Shown: positions 39,639 through 49,137 of the stretch, piece by piece | Position numbering within the stretch: the stretch's first letter is position 1 | Layout of the letters: every line of letters starts with the position of its first letter | NCBI GenBank assembly: GCA_963762145.1 | Contig: CAVXJS010000015.1 | Coordinates: forward strand, 192,001 to 256,000 | Direction of reading: 5' to 3' | Length of the DNA: 64,000 nucleotides | Source of the DNA: an uncultured Candidatus Rokubacteria bacterium | Lineage (GTDB): Bacteria; Methylomirabilota; Methylomirabilia; Rokubacteriales; CSP1-6 | Program-made: the position numbers and the translations under genes | The notes under the pieces: model-generated | Told to the model about the DNA's origin: nothing | The model's input: the letters and a program-made list of their open reading frames with translations, nothing else | Databases searched by the model: none

Positions 39639-39860
39639 CTAGGCGCTCGATGGCGGCGTCGCGATCTGGCCGGAGGTCGGATCACCTCCATAGATCCCCA
39701 TCGTCAGAACTTGTCTGTCCACCGGATTCAGCGTCTTGCGAGGGCGCGGACGCCTCGGCGGCTTCTTCCTGGTCGGTTTCCGGCGCGCCACAGGCTTCCT
39801 CTTGGCGGCCGTTCGCTTGACCTTCGTCTTGGCTGCTCGCGCCCTCTTCTTCCGCGCCAT
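39639..39860 (-). CDS. Small, very basic Lys/Arg-rich (histone H1-like) protein
   Basis: AGGAGG RBS; MARKKRARAAKTKVKRTAAKRKPVARRKPTRKK. Confidence 0.65.
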   Translation of the reverse strand: MARKKRARAAKTKVKRTAAKRKPVARRKPTRKKPPRRPRPRKTLNPVDRQVLTMGIYGGDPTSGQIATPPSSA

Positions 39861-39951
39861 GATTGCCCCTCCTTCTAGACCAGCGCAACCTGGATTCGCG
39901 CAATGGAAGGCCCCCATTCTCCAGCCGTCCGAGCGTGTGTCGCGTGAGCCG

Positions 39952-42900
39952 TCAGCCCATCCATACGCGAATCCTGTGCATGGCGCCGTCGTCGACCAAC
40001 GAAAGACCGTCAATCCCGATCACGGCACGGACATCATCCACTTCCACGCGCTCGACCCCGCGGGTCACGCCCCGCGGGTTCTCCACCGAGATCTCGTATC
40101 GCGACGAGTGATACCGGAAGTGAATGGAGAAGCCGACCCAAGCCCGTGGGATGCAGGGATCGATGAAGAGCGCGGATCCCCGCAGCCGGAAGCCGAGCAG
40201 CCATTCGATGCCGGCCCTATACATCCAGCCCGCCGAGCCCGTATACCACGTCCAGCCCCCGCGACCGATATGAGGGGCTTCGGCGTAGACGTCGGCCGCG
40301 ACGACATACGGTTCGACCCGATATCGATAGAGGCCGGCGCGAGTGCTGGTGTGGTTGACGGGATTGAGGATGGAGAAGAGTTCACCCACTCGGTCGCCGT
40401 CGCCGAGGGCGGCGAACGCCATGATGGCCCAGATGGCGCCATGCGTGTACTGGCCACCGTTCTCGCGGATGCCGGGCGGATAGGCTCGGATATAGCCGGG
40501 ATCGCGACGCGGACGCACGAAGGGCGGACTGAAGAGGAGCACGAGCGCCTGCTCGCGCCGAACGAGGTACTCCTCCACCGCGCCCATGGCCTGAGCGGCG
40601 CGAGCGGGATTGGCCGCGCCCGAGAGGACGGCCCAGGACTGTGCGATGGAGTCGATACGGCACTCCGCGTTTTGCGCCGAGCCGAGCGGGGTGCCGTCGT
40701 CGAAGTAGGCCCGGCGGTACCAGTCGCCGTCCCAACCGTGGGTATCGAGCGCCTTTCGCAGGGCGACGGCGTGGGCGCTCCAGCGCTCGGCCCGTGCGCG
40801 CTCACCGCGCGCCTCCGCGATCGGGGCCCACTGCTCGAGGGTGGCGAAGAGGAACCAGCCGAGCCAGACGCTCTCACCGCGCCCTTTGGGCCCGACGCGA
40901 TTCATGCCGTCGTTCCAATCGCCTGAGCCCATGAGGGGCAGCCCATGCGCGCCCACCGCCAGGCTGCGATCGATGGCCCGGGCCCCGTGCTCGAACACCG
41001 AGGCGCGCTGGGCGGAGACGCTGGGCTCGAAGTAGGCCTCGGCCTGCTCGTCGCCCAGGGGCTGGCCATCGAGGAACGGAGCCTCCTCGTCGAGCACGCT
41101 CCGGTCTCCGGTGACGCTCACGTAGTGCGCCACGGCGTACGGCAGCCAGAGGAGGTCGTCCGAGATGCGGGTGCGGACGCCGCGTCCCGAGGGTGGATGC
41201 CACCAGTGCTGGACATCGCCCTCCGGGAACTGTCGCGAGGCGGCACGGACGAGATGCGCGCGCGTGATGTCACGGGCGGCGACGGTCAGCGCCATCCCGT
41301 CCTGGAGCTGGTCCCGGAAGCCATAGGCTCCCCCCGCCTGGTAGAAGCCAGCTCGCCCCCAGAACCGGCACGCGAGCGCCTGGTAGAGAAGCCAGCGATT
41401 GAGCATGAGATCCAGGGAGCGGTCGGGCGTCTTCACCTGGACCGCTGCGAGGAGATCGTCCCAGCGGGTGGTCACCGTCTCGAACACCGCGTCGAGGTCG
41501 GCATCGCGATAGCGCGCGATGAGGACCTGGGCTTCGGTCTCGGACTCGCCCTGGCCGAGGAGGACGACCACCTCCGCCTCCTCGCCGGCGGCCAGGGTGA
41601 GCGTCTCCTGGAGCGCCCCGCATGGATCGAGCCCGGCGCCCAACCGCCCCGAGAGGGGCTGACCTCGTTCGAGCGCCTCCGGATGGTCGAGGGTGCCGTT
41701 CCGCCCCAGGATCTCGGTGCGGTCGCCCGTCCACCCCATCTGCTTCCCCCGCAGGTCGAGGAAGGCAACCCGCCCGGGGAAGTCGTGGGTCCAGGCGTTC
41801 CGGGCGAGAAGCGCCCCGGTGCGCTCGCAGAGCCCGGTGACGACGAACGGCGCGGTGGTGGAACGCAAGGGGCCGAGCACCCACTCGACGTACGCGGTGA
41901 CGGTGAGGGTCCGTGCGCTGGTCGACCGGTTCGCGACCCGGAGCCGGCTGATCTTCACGGGATCCTCGAGGGCCACGTACTGGAGAAGCTCGAGCTCGAT
42001 GCCATGGGAGCGATGGGTGAAACGGCTGTATCCCTGCCCGTGACGACAATGATAGGGCCAGGCCTCCTCGCGGATGGGCAGGGCGGTCGGCCCCCAGAGG
42101 TCTCCGGTGTCGTCGTCGCGCAGATAGATGGTCTCTCCGGGAGGATCGGTCACCGGGTCGTTCGACCAGGGCGTGAGCTGGTTCTCCCGGCTATTCTCCG
42201 CCCAGGTGTAGCCGGCGCCCGATTCCGAGACCTGGAACCCCAGTCGCTCATTGGCGATCACGTTGATCCACGGGGCGGGCGTCCACTGGCCCTCGCCGAG
42301 CGCGATCATGTATTCGCGGCCGTCCTCCACGAAGCCGCCCAGTCCATTGTCGAACTCCCACACGGGACGCGGCGGGAGCGGCTCGGGCGCGGCCCGCCCT
42401 GCGCGCGAGGGGCGCTGGTCGCGCCGGCGCGCCGGCGTGGGCCGCTCCGCGCGCGCCACCTGCTCGGCGAGGGTGCCCTGGCGGCTCAGCAGGATGACGC
42501 GCGCCGCGGCGGTCAAGCAATCGCGCTCGCCGGGAGACAGGAGATCGCCGCGCAGCACGAAGATCGAGCCCCCCTGAGTCGCGCCGAGGGCGGGTCGGCC
42601 CGCTCGGACCAGGCCCTCGAGCGCCGTCTGGAGATCCTGGAGATACGACGCGGGCTTCTCGTTGAGGATGACCAGATCCACCGCGAGGCCCTTCAGCCGC
42701 CAGTACTCGTGCGCGCGCAGGAGCTGGCGGACGATGCCGCGATCCTCCACCTCGTCGATGCGAACGAGCACGATGGGCAGATCACCGGAGATCCGGTGCG
42801 CCCAGAGCGCGGAGGGGCCGAGCGTGTTACGCATGAGGACGGCGGCGGGCGCGCGCATGCCCGGGTCGGCATGGAGGATACGGTTGGCGAGCTGCTGGAA

Positions 42901-45900
42901 GAGGTGCGCCTCCTCCGCGCCGATACCCAGGTGGTGGAGCTGCCCCTGCGCCTGGGTCCAGGCCAGCGTCGCGATCCGGTCGAAGGTGGCGGAATCGCGG
43001 TACTTGTCGGCCATGAGCAGGGCGGCCGGCCGCGCGGTCGCGATCAGGGTGGTGAACACGATGCGCGCGCTGGCTCCCGGCGCCAGGCGGAGACGTCGCC
43101 GCAGACTGAAGATCGGGTCCAGCACGGCCCCCGAGGTATTGGAGAGCGGCCGGCCCTCGATCATCGACATCGGGGTGCGAATCCCGCGACCTCGCCCCAG
43201 GAAACGAGAGCGGTCCGTCTCGTACTGCGAGCCTCCCACGCTCGTTCCCTCCACCGCCATCACGTGGGCGGCCCAGACGCGCTCCTCCTCGTGGCTACGG
43301 GGCAAGCGCGTGGCGAGGAGGGTGTCGAGCTCCGGCAACGCTTCGGTCTGCACGAAGAGGTTGGAGAAGGCCGGATGCGCGGCATCCGCCCGCGGCGGCG
43401 CCAGCACGAGCTCGGCATAGGAGGTGACGTCGATCTCGCGCGCCTCGCTGCCCAGATTGATGAGCGAGATCCGACGGATCTCGGCGTCGTCCTCGGACGA
43501 GACGAGCACTTCGAGGGTGCTCATGATGCTGCCGTCGCGCCGGCGGATCTCGGCCCGGTCCTCGAGGAAGATCGCCTGGTAGGTCTCCGCCTCCACCCCG
43601 GAAGGCTGATGACCCGCCGACCACACCGCCCCGCTCCGCGCATCGCGCAAGAAGATGAAGGAGCCCCAGGCATCCCGGGTGACGTCCTCCCTCCAGCGGG
43701 TGACCGCGAGCGGTCCGCACAGGCTATAGCCCGCGCCGGCCGCGGTCACCATCACCACGTAGCGCCCGTTGGACAGGAGGTGCGTCCGCGGCAGCGGATC
43801 GGCGGGCGACGTGAACCGGCGGGCGGCCGGAAGCGCCGGCTCGCGGAGATGGCCGGGCGCCCGCACCTCTTCCCCCCGCGGCCGGGTCACCGGCACGTCG
43901 CGCGGCGCGCGCTCGTGCAAGAGGAGCTCGGTGGCCTCGACGACGGGCTCGCCGTGGAAGCGCTCGCGCATGAGCCCATCCAGGAGCACGTTGGCCAAGG
44001 CGGTCACCGTCATGCCCTGGTGATGCGCCATGTAGGCGCGAACCACCGCGACCCGCTCGCCCTCGGGCAGGCGGGAGCGCGTGAAATCCAACGCCTCGTA
44101 GTAGCCATGCATGCCCCGCCCGCCCAGCCGCGCGAGCTCGACGAAGTTCCGCGCCGCCGCGGGAGCGTCCACCAAGGCGGCGAGGGCGGTCGCGTACGGG
44201 GCAATCACGAGGTCCTCCCCCAATCCACGCTCGAGGCCGAGCCCCGGCACCCCGAAGCTGGAATACTGGTAGGTCAGGTCCAGGTCGCGCACGTTGTACG
44301 CGGACTCGGAGATACCCCACGGCACGGCATGGGAGGCGCCATAGGCGATCTGGCGCTTGACGACCAGCCGGCAGGTCTGGTCGAGGAGACTGCCCTCGGG
44401 GGCCCGCATCACGAGCGCGGGCATGAGGTACTCGAACATCGACCCCGACCACGATATCAGCGCGGTGCCCAGGTCCACCGGGGTCATCGGCCGTCCGAGC
44501 CGGAACCAGTGCTCCGGCGGCACCTCGCCGCGCGCCACCGCGAGGAAGCTCGTCAGCCGCGCCTCCGACGCGAGGAGATCGTAGCGCGCGTCGTCGAGGG
44601 CACCGTCGGCGACGCGGTAGCCGATGGCGAAGAGCTGCCGGGTCTCGTCGAAGAGGAAGGTGAAGTCCATCGACGCGGCAAAGGCCAGCGCCGCCCCCGC
44701 CGCCTCCTCCAGACGCCGGGCGGCGGCCGCGCCGTCGAGGGCCGAGCGCTCGAGGGCCTCCAGCGTCTTCACCGCGCGTCCGCGATCAAGGCGCCCACCG
44801 GCAATGGCGTCGGCCGGGCCCTCCACGAGGGTGGCGAGCTCGCGCGCCGCCGCGCCGGCCAGCGCCGGCACCTCTCCGAGAAAAGGCATGGCGCTGAGCA
44901 GCCGCCCCGCCGCCGGCAGGCCCGCCGCCAGCTCGGCGGGCAGCCCAGCCATCACCTCGTCGAGGGTTTCCGCCCAGGGGGCGAGCTCGTCCAGATCGCG
45001 CCGGTGGCTTGCGATCGTCGATTGCAGCGTCTCGACCCAGGCGGCGGCATCGCCGCGCCGCGTCTCGTCGAGGGCGGCGACGAGCTCGGTCAACGGAGCG
45101 GCGGCGGCAGCCAGCTGCCGCAGGCGGCCGGCCCACTCCGGCGCGGTCGTGGGCTCGGCGACGAGCGCAGCGCGGAGCGCGTCCACCGCCGCCTGGAGCT
45201 GCGCGACGACGGGCGCCGCGTCCTTGTCCGCGCGCGGAAGAGACTCGGCTAGGGGGATGAGTGCGTCGTCGATCCCTCGTCCTGCCCGGCGGTCCACGAG
45301 CGGACGTCGCACCCGCTCCCGGACCGCGGTGGCGACCACACCGAGATGGCCAACCAGATTGCCGCTGTCCACGGTGGAGACGTAGCGTGGCTCTAGCGGG
45401 CGTAGGCTCTGCGTGTCGTACCAGTTGTAGAAGTGCCCGCGGAACCGCTCGAGCTGCTCCATGGTGGCCAGGGTGTGGCCGAGCCGGTCGGTCAGATCGA
45501 GCGTGCCGATCCAGCCGAGATCGCGCGCGGACACCGCCGAGAGCAGGTACAGACCCACGTTGGTCGGGGAAGTCCGGTGGGCGACCACCGGACGGGGATC
45601 CTCCTGGAAATTGTCGGGCGGCAGCGCGTGGTCCTCGGAGCCGACGAAGACCTCGAAGAAGCGCCAGCTCCGGCGCGCAACCGACCGCAGCACGTCGAGC
45701 TCCTCGCGCCGCAGCTCCTCGGTGGGACGGGCGGGCGGGGGCAGGCTCAGCCACCGGGTCAGCCCGGGCGACAGGAGCCAGAGGGCCACGAGAGGGAACG
45801 CGATGAACCAAACCTGCCCGGCACCCCATGCCGCCACCACCCCGGCGATCACGGCCAGGGCCACTGCGCCCCACATGCGTCCATAGACCTGGGCGAGGTC

Positions 45901-48639
45901 GAGGCTCGAGCTCGACTTCACCTGCGCGGCCGATACCCATTCGAGCAGCCGGCGGCGCGTGACGAGTCGCCACAGGGTCCGCAGCACGGCGTCGCCCATC
46001 AGCCAGGCCTGATGGGCGAGGAGGGTGAGGGCGAGTCCGATGTGCGCGCCGGCCAGCGCAAAGCTTCCCGTGATGGAGCGGAGGTAGACGCGCTTGGAGA
46101 TGCCCGGGCGCTTCGGCACCACGTCGGTGGTGACGGGCACCAGTGCGGGGAGCATCAGGGAGAGAAGGACGAGCTTGGTCCAGACCCCGGCCGCGCCGCC
46201 CGGCAGCATCCACGCGACGAGCAGGGTCAGGAAGGCGCACGGCGCGGACAGAGTCCGGCGCAGGTTGTCGAGCATCTTCCAGCGCCCGATTGAGGTGATG
46301 CGGGCCCGCGTCGGGCCAGTCCCCGCCGTGCCACGGAGCAGCCAGGGCAGGAGCTGCCAGTCGCCGCGCGCCCAGCGGTGCTGGCGGGAAGCCGCCACCT
46401 CGTAGCGTGCCGGGAACTCCTCGAATAGCTCGATGTCCGTCACCAGGCCCACCCGCGCGAACAGGCCCTCAAAGAGATCGTGGCTCAGCAGCGCGCCCTC
46501 CGGCACGCGCCCGGCCAGCGCCGTCTCGAAGGCGTCCACGTCGTAGATGCCCTTGCCCGTGTACGAGCCCTCTCCGAACAGGTCCTGGTACACGTCCGAG
46601 ACCGCGGACGCGTAGGGGTCGATGCCGGCGGGTCCCGCCGAGATGCGCTGGAAGGCCGAGCTCTCGAGCTCGGCGGGCATGGTCGGCGCAATGCGTGGCT
46701 GGAGGATCCCGTACCCCGCGACGACGCGCCGCTCGTCGGCGAGCCGGGGTCGGTTGAGGGGATGCGCGAGCGTCCCGACGAGGCGAGCCGCAGCCCCCCG
46801 GGGGAGCTGGGTATCGGCATCCAGGGTAATCACGAAATGCACGCCTGTCGGCGGTCGCAGGGGCGCGGGGCCGGTGGCGATGTAGGTCGTGTCCGTCGCG
46901 CCCCGCAGCAGTCGATTCAGCTCATGGAGCTTCCCCCGCTTTCGCTCCCAGCCGATCCACCGGCCCTCGCTCTCGCTCCACGTTCGCCGGCGGTGAAAAA
47001 GGTAAAATCGTGGCTCGCCATCCTCGGCGGAGCCGTGCTGGCGATTGAGCTCATCGATGCCGGCTTGCGCGACGGCGAGCAGACGCTCGTCGCCGACAGC
47101 CGTGGCCGCGTCTGCGTCGGTCCAGTCGGAGAGAATCGCGAAGGCGAGGGATCCCTCCGCGTTCGCCAGGTAGTGGATACCGAGCCGGCGTACTTGCTGG
47201 ACGATCTGCGCCTCGCTGGTGAGGAGCGTCGGCACCGCCACCAGGGTCTTGAAGCGAGGCGGGACGCCTCCGACGAGGGCCAGGCGTGGCAAGGCGCGGG
47301 GGGGAAACACTTCCATCACCGCGCGGTTCACGAGCGCGATGGCCACGTCGGAGGCGGGGAAGAGGGCGAGGGCGGCCAGGGCCACCAGCAGGCCGGTGGC
47401 GATCCCCTGCTCCCCGCTGTAGAGGAGGGGCAGGCAGAGGAAGGAGGCGGTCACGATCGCGATGCTTCCGAGATAGCTCCACGTCGCGGAGGCGACATAC
47501 GCGCGGACGAGATGCTGGCGGAGCCGGATGCGATAGCCGAGGGCCTCCTCGAGCCGCGACCGGCCGCGGGAGATCAAGTAGTAGCCGGGATCTTCCACGT
47601 TCGGCGCATGCGCCCGGGCAAGGCCCAGCGCAGCACGTGCGACCTCCATCTCGGTCCGCCCCGAGCCGCGCGCCAGATCCTCGACAGCCTTGCGGTAGCG
47701 GTCGCGGGTAGCGAAGTCCATGGCGCCGAACTCGCTCTCGGCGCGCAGGATGCGATCCACCAAGCTCACGCTCTCGAAGAAGTCCCGCCAGTCGAAGGTC
47801 GCCATCATGCGGAGGCTGGTCATGACGTTCCGCACCGTCACATTGGCGGCCCCCTGGCGCTGGTACTCGGCGCGCACGAGCTCCTCGGCCGGCGTACCGG
47901 CGGCGACGAGCCGCTTCTCGAGCCAGGCCAGCGCCGGCGTGGTGTTGGGGTCGTGGTCTCGCAGGCGCTGGACGAGCTGTACGGCATAGGCGGACGTGAG
48001 TACCTCGTCGCCCAGGCGCCCGAAGGCCTCGGGGTCCGCCGGCCGGCCGCCCTGGCCGAGCAGGACGTCGGCGAGCCGGTCCGCCTCGAGGCGGGCGGCG
48101 CGCCCCTCGACGATCTCCTCGGCCAGCCGCCGGAGGTTCTCGAGCAGGGTGAGGCGCAGCGCGATGGGCACCGCCCAGACTTCGGAGATGAGGAGCGGCT
48201 CGACCCGCTGGAAGGCCCCAACGAAGCGCCGGAGGGAGGCGGGCTCGAAGCGGCTGTCGGTGTGCTCGATGTAGGTCCAGGCCAGCCCCACGGCCCGTGG
48301 CACCTCCCGCAGCGGGCCCTCGATGAGGGTGGGAAGCTCTCGGTAGAACCCCGGGGGAAGATCGGTACGGACTTCGTTGAGGACGTCCTCGACGATGTAG
48401 AAGTTGTCCACCAGCCATTCCGCGGCGGGCATCGTGGCGCGCTCGTCGTGGATGACGGCCGCGAGGGCCCGGTAGCACCGGAGGAGCACCCGGCCGTTGT
48501 CCCTGACGCGGGCGAGGAGGGCGGCGCTGGCGCTCTCACGGTCGGAGACGCGGTGGCGGGCGAAGGACTCGGCAAGCTGTTCGAGTCGCTCGACGCTGAG
48601 GAGCTCGCCGCGAATTGGCTCGGGGCCGAAGAGGGTCAT
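39952..48639 (-). CDS. cgs: Cyclic beta-1,2-glucan synthase (Cgs/ChvB/rhizobial NdvB): synthase, cyclising domain and GH94-like phosphorylase
   Basis: 2895 aa; AAEWLVDNFY, WERKRGKL, TLDADT, SHDLFEG, RQHRWARGDWQ, PPDNFQEDP, SWSGSMFEYLMP, GFRDQLQD, GDWNDGMN, ENGGQYTH. Confidence 0.95.
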   Translation of the reverse strand: MTLFGPEPIRGELLSVERLEQLAESFARHRVSDRESASAALLARVRDNGRVLLRCYRALAAVIHDERATMPAAEWLVDNFYIVEDVLNEVRTDLPPGFYRELPTLIEGPLREVPRAVGLAWTYIEHTDSRFEPASLRRFVGAFQRVEPLLISEVWAVPIALRLTLLENLRRLAEEIVEGRAARLEADRLADVLLGQGGRPADPEAFGRLGDEVLTSAYAVQLVQRLRDHDPNTTPALAWLEKRLVAAGTPAEELVRAEYQRQGAANVTVRNVMTSLRMMATFDWRDFFESVSLVDRILRAESEFGAMDFATRDRYRKAVEDLARGSGRTEMEVARAALGLARAHAPNVEDPGYYLISRGRSRLEEALGYRIRLRQHLVRAYVASATWSYLGSIAIVTASFLCLPLLYSGEQGIATGLLVALAALALFPASDVAIALVNRAVMEVFPPRALPRLALVGGVPPRFKTLVAVPTLLTSEAQIVQQVRRLGIHYLANAEGSLAFAILSDWTDADAATAVGDERLLAVAQAGIDELNRQHGSAEDGEPRFYLFHRRRTWSESEGRWIGWERKRGKLHELNRLLRGATDTTYIATGPAPLRPPTGVHFVITLDADTQLPRGAAARLVGTLAHPLNRPRLADERRVVAGYGILQPRIAPTMPAELESSAFQRISAGPAGIDPYASAVSDVYQDLFGEGSYTGKGIYDVDAFETALAGRVPEGALLSHDLFEGLFARVGLVTDIELFEEFPARYEVAASRQHRWARGDWQLLPWLLRGTAGTGPTRARITSIGRWKMLDNLRRTLSAPCAFLTLLVAWMLPGGAAGVWTKLVLLSLMLPALVPVTTDVVPKRPGISKRVYLRSITGSFALAGAHIGLALTLLAHQAWLMGDAVLRTLWRLVTRRRLLEWVSAAQVKSSSSLDLAQVYGRMWGAVALAVIAGVVAAWGAGQVWFIAFPLVALWLLSPGLTRWLSLPPPARPTEELRREELDVLRSVARRSWRFFEVFVGSEDHALPPDNFQEDPRPVVAHRTSPTNVGLYLLSAVSARDLGWIGTLDLTDRLGHTLATMEQLERFRGHFYNWYDTQSLRPLEPRYVSTVDSGNLVGHLGVVATAVRERVRRPLVDRRAGRGIDDALIPLAESLPRADKDAAPVVAQLQAAVDALRAALVAEPTTAPEWAGRLRQLAAAAAPLTELVAALDETRRGDAAAWVETLQSTIASHRRDLDELAPWAETLDEVMAGLPAELAAGLPAAGRLLSAMPFLGEVPALAGAAARELATLVEGPADAIAGGRLDRGRAVKTLEALERSALDGAAAARRLEEAAGAALAFAASMDFTFLFDETRQLFAIGYRVADGALDDARYDLLASEARLTSFLAVARGEVPPEHWFRLGRPMTPVDLGTALISWSGSMFEYLMPALVMRAPEGSLLDQTCRLVVKRQIAYGASHAVPWGISESAYNVRDLDLTYQYSSFGVPGLGLERGLGEDLVIAPYATALAALVDAPAAARNFVELARLGGRGMHGYYEALDFTRSRLPEGERVAVVRAYMAHHQGMTVTALANVLLDGLMRERFHGEPVVEATELLLHERAPRDVPVTRPRGEEVRAPGHLREPALPAARRFTSPADPLPRTHLLSNGRYVVMVTAAGAGYSLCGPLAVTRWREDVTRDAWGSFIFLRDARSGAVWSAGHQPSGVEAETYQAIFLEDRAEIRRRDGSIMSTLEVLVSSEDDAEIRRISLINLGSEAREIDVTSYAELVLAPPRADAAHPAFSNLFVQTEALPELDTLLATRLPRSHEEERVWAAHVMAVEGTSVGGSQYETDRSRFLGRGRGIRTPMSMIEGRPLSNTSGAVLDPIFSLRRRLRLAPGASARIVFTTLIATARPAALLMADKYRDSATFDRIATLAWTQAQGQLHHLGIGAEEAHLFQQLANRILHADPGMRAPAAVLMRNTLGPSALWAHRISGDLPIVLVRIDEVEDRGIVRQLLRAHEYWRLKGLAVDLVILNEKPASYLQDLQTALEGLVRAGRPALGATQGGSIFVLRGDLLSPGERDCLTAAARVILLSRQGTLAEQVARAERPTPARRRDQRPSRAGRAAPEPLPPRPVWEFDNGLGGFVEDGREYMIALGEGQWTPAPWINVIANERLGFQVSESGAGYTWAENSRENQLTPWSNDPVTDPPGETIYLRDDDTGDLWGPTALPIREEAWPYHCRHGQGYSRFTHRSHGIELELLQYVALEDPVKISRLRVANRSTSARTLTVTAYVEWVLGPLRSTTAPFVVTGLCERTGALLARNAWTHDFPGRVAFLDLRGKQMGWTGDRTEILGRNGTLDHPEALERGQPLSGRLGAGLDPCGALQETLTLAAGEEAEVVVLLGQGESETEAQVLIARYRDADLDAVFETVTTRWDDLLAAVQVKTPDRSLDLMLNRWLLYQALACRFWGRAGFYQAGGAYGFRDQLQDGMALTVAARDITRAHLVRAASRQFPEGDVQHWWHPPSGRGVRTRISDDLLWLPYAVAHYVSVTGDRSVLDEEAPFLDGQPLGDEQAEAYFEPSVSAQRASVFEHGARAIDRSLAVGAHGLPLMGSGDWNDGMNRVGPKGRGESVWLGWFLFATLEQWAPIAEARGERARAERWSAHAVALRKALDTHGWDGDWYRRAYFDDGTPLGSAQNAECRIDSIAQSWAVLSGAANPARAAQAMGAVEEYLVRREQALVLLFSPPFVRPRRDPGYIRAYPPGIRENGGQYTHGAIWAIMAFAALGDGDRVGELFSILNPVNHTSTRAGLYRYRVEPYVVAADVYAEAPHIGRGGWTWYTGSAGWMYRAGIEWLLGFRLRGSALFIDPCIPRAWVGFSIHFRYHSSRYEISVENPRGVTRGVERVEVDDVRAVIGIDGLSLVDDGAMHRIRVWMG

Positions 48640-48759
48640 TGAGCGAGAGCGTGTCGGGAAGAACTGACCTGGTAGATTTTACCCATCAGTAGAAGTGAAA
48701 TGCCAGCCGGCACCGACACAGGGTTCGACTTCTCCCATAGATGGCGGACGCGGAGGTGG

Positions 48760-48775
48760 TGGCATCTCAATTGCT
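48760..48775 (+). promoter_or_regulatory. sigma54 -24/-12 promoter
   Basis: TGGCAT-CTCAA-TTGCT near-consensus; GGTA-GATTT-TACC palindrome at 48671-48683. Confidence 0.75.
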
Positions 48776-48854
48776 CCGGATATTTGCGGCGAGGGCAGCA
48801 GTTATCAGACCTAGGTCCAACTGCTGGCCCGCAACCAAGGAGCCAGCATAACTC

Positions 48855-49103
48855 ATGAGAATCGCGATCGGCTTGATCGGACTGGGTGTGGCGGGTGGAG
48901 TGGTTCCCACTGGCTTGGCCGGAGTAGCTCATGCCGGAGCCGTGGTCGGCGGCACCGCCGCTGCCCTCGTGCTTTTGTTGACGGTGTGCCTCGCCGCGCC
49001 CGCGCTCGGTCGCCGGCGATCCGGTGCGACGCGAGGGGGGGCCAAGGCGACGTCCTTCAATAGCACCGCTCCTCTGAGTCGCTCCCCCGCTCGCAGCATC
49101 TAG
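48855..49103 (+). CDS. Small 2-TM membrane protein
   Basis: AAGGAG upstream, sigma54 promoter about 80 nt upstream, two hydrophobic segments followed by RRR. Confidence 0.55.
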   Translation: MRIAIGLIGLGVAGGVVPTGLAGVAHAGAVVGGTAAALVLLLTVCLAAPALGRRRSGATRGGAKATSFNSTAPLSRSPARSI

Positions 49104-49137
49104 CGTTCCCCGCGCTGACGTACGAAAACGAGTTGGG

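Noticed and set aside
48700-48740. GGGTTCGACT resembling a tRNA T-loop
   Set aside because: No acceptor, D or anticodon stems could be folded around it
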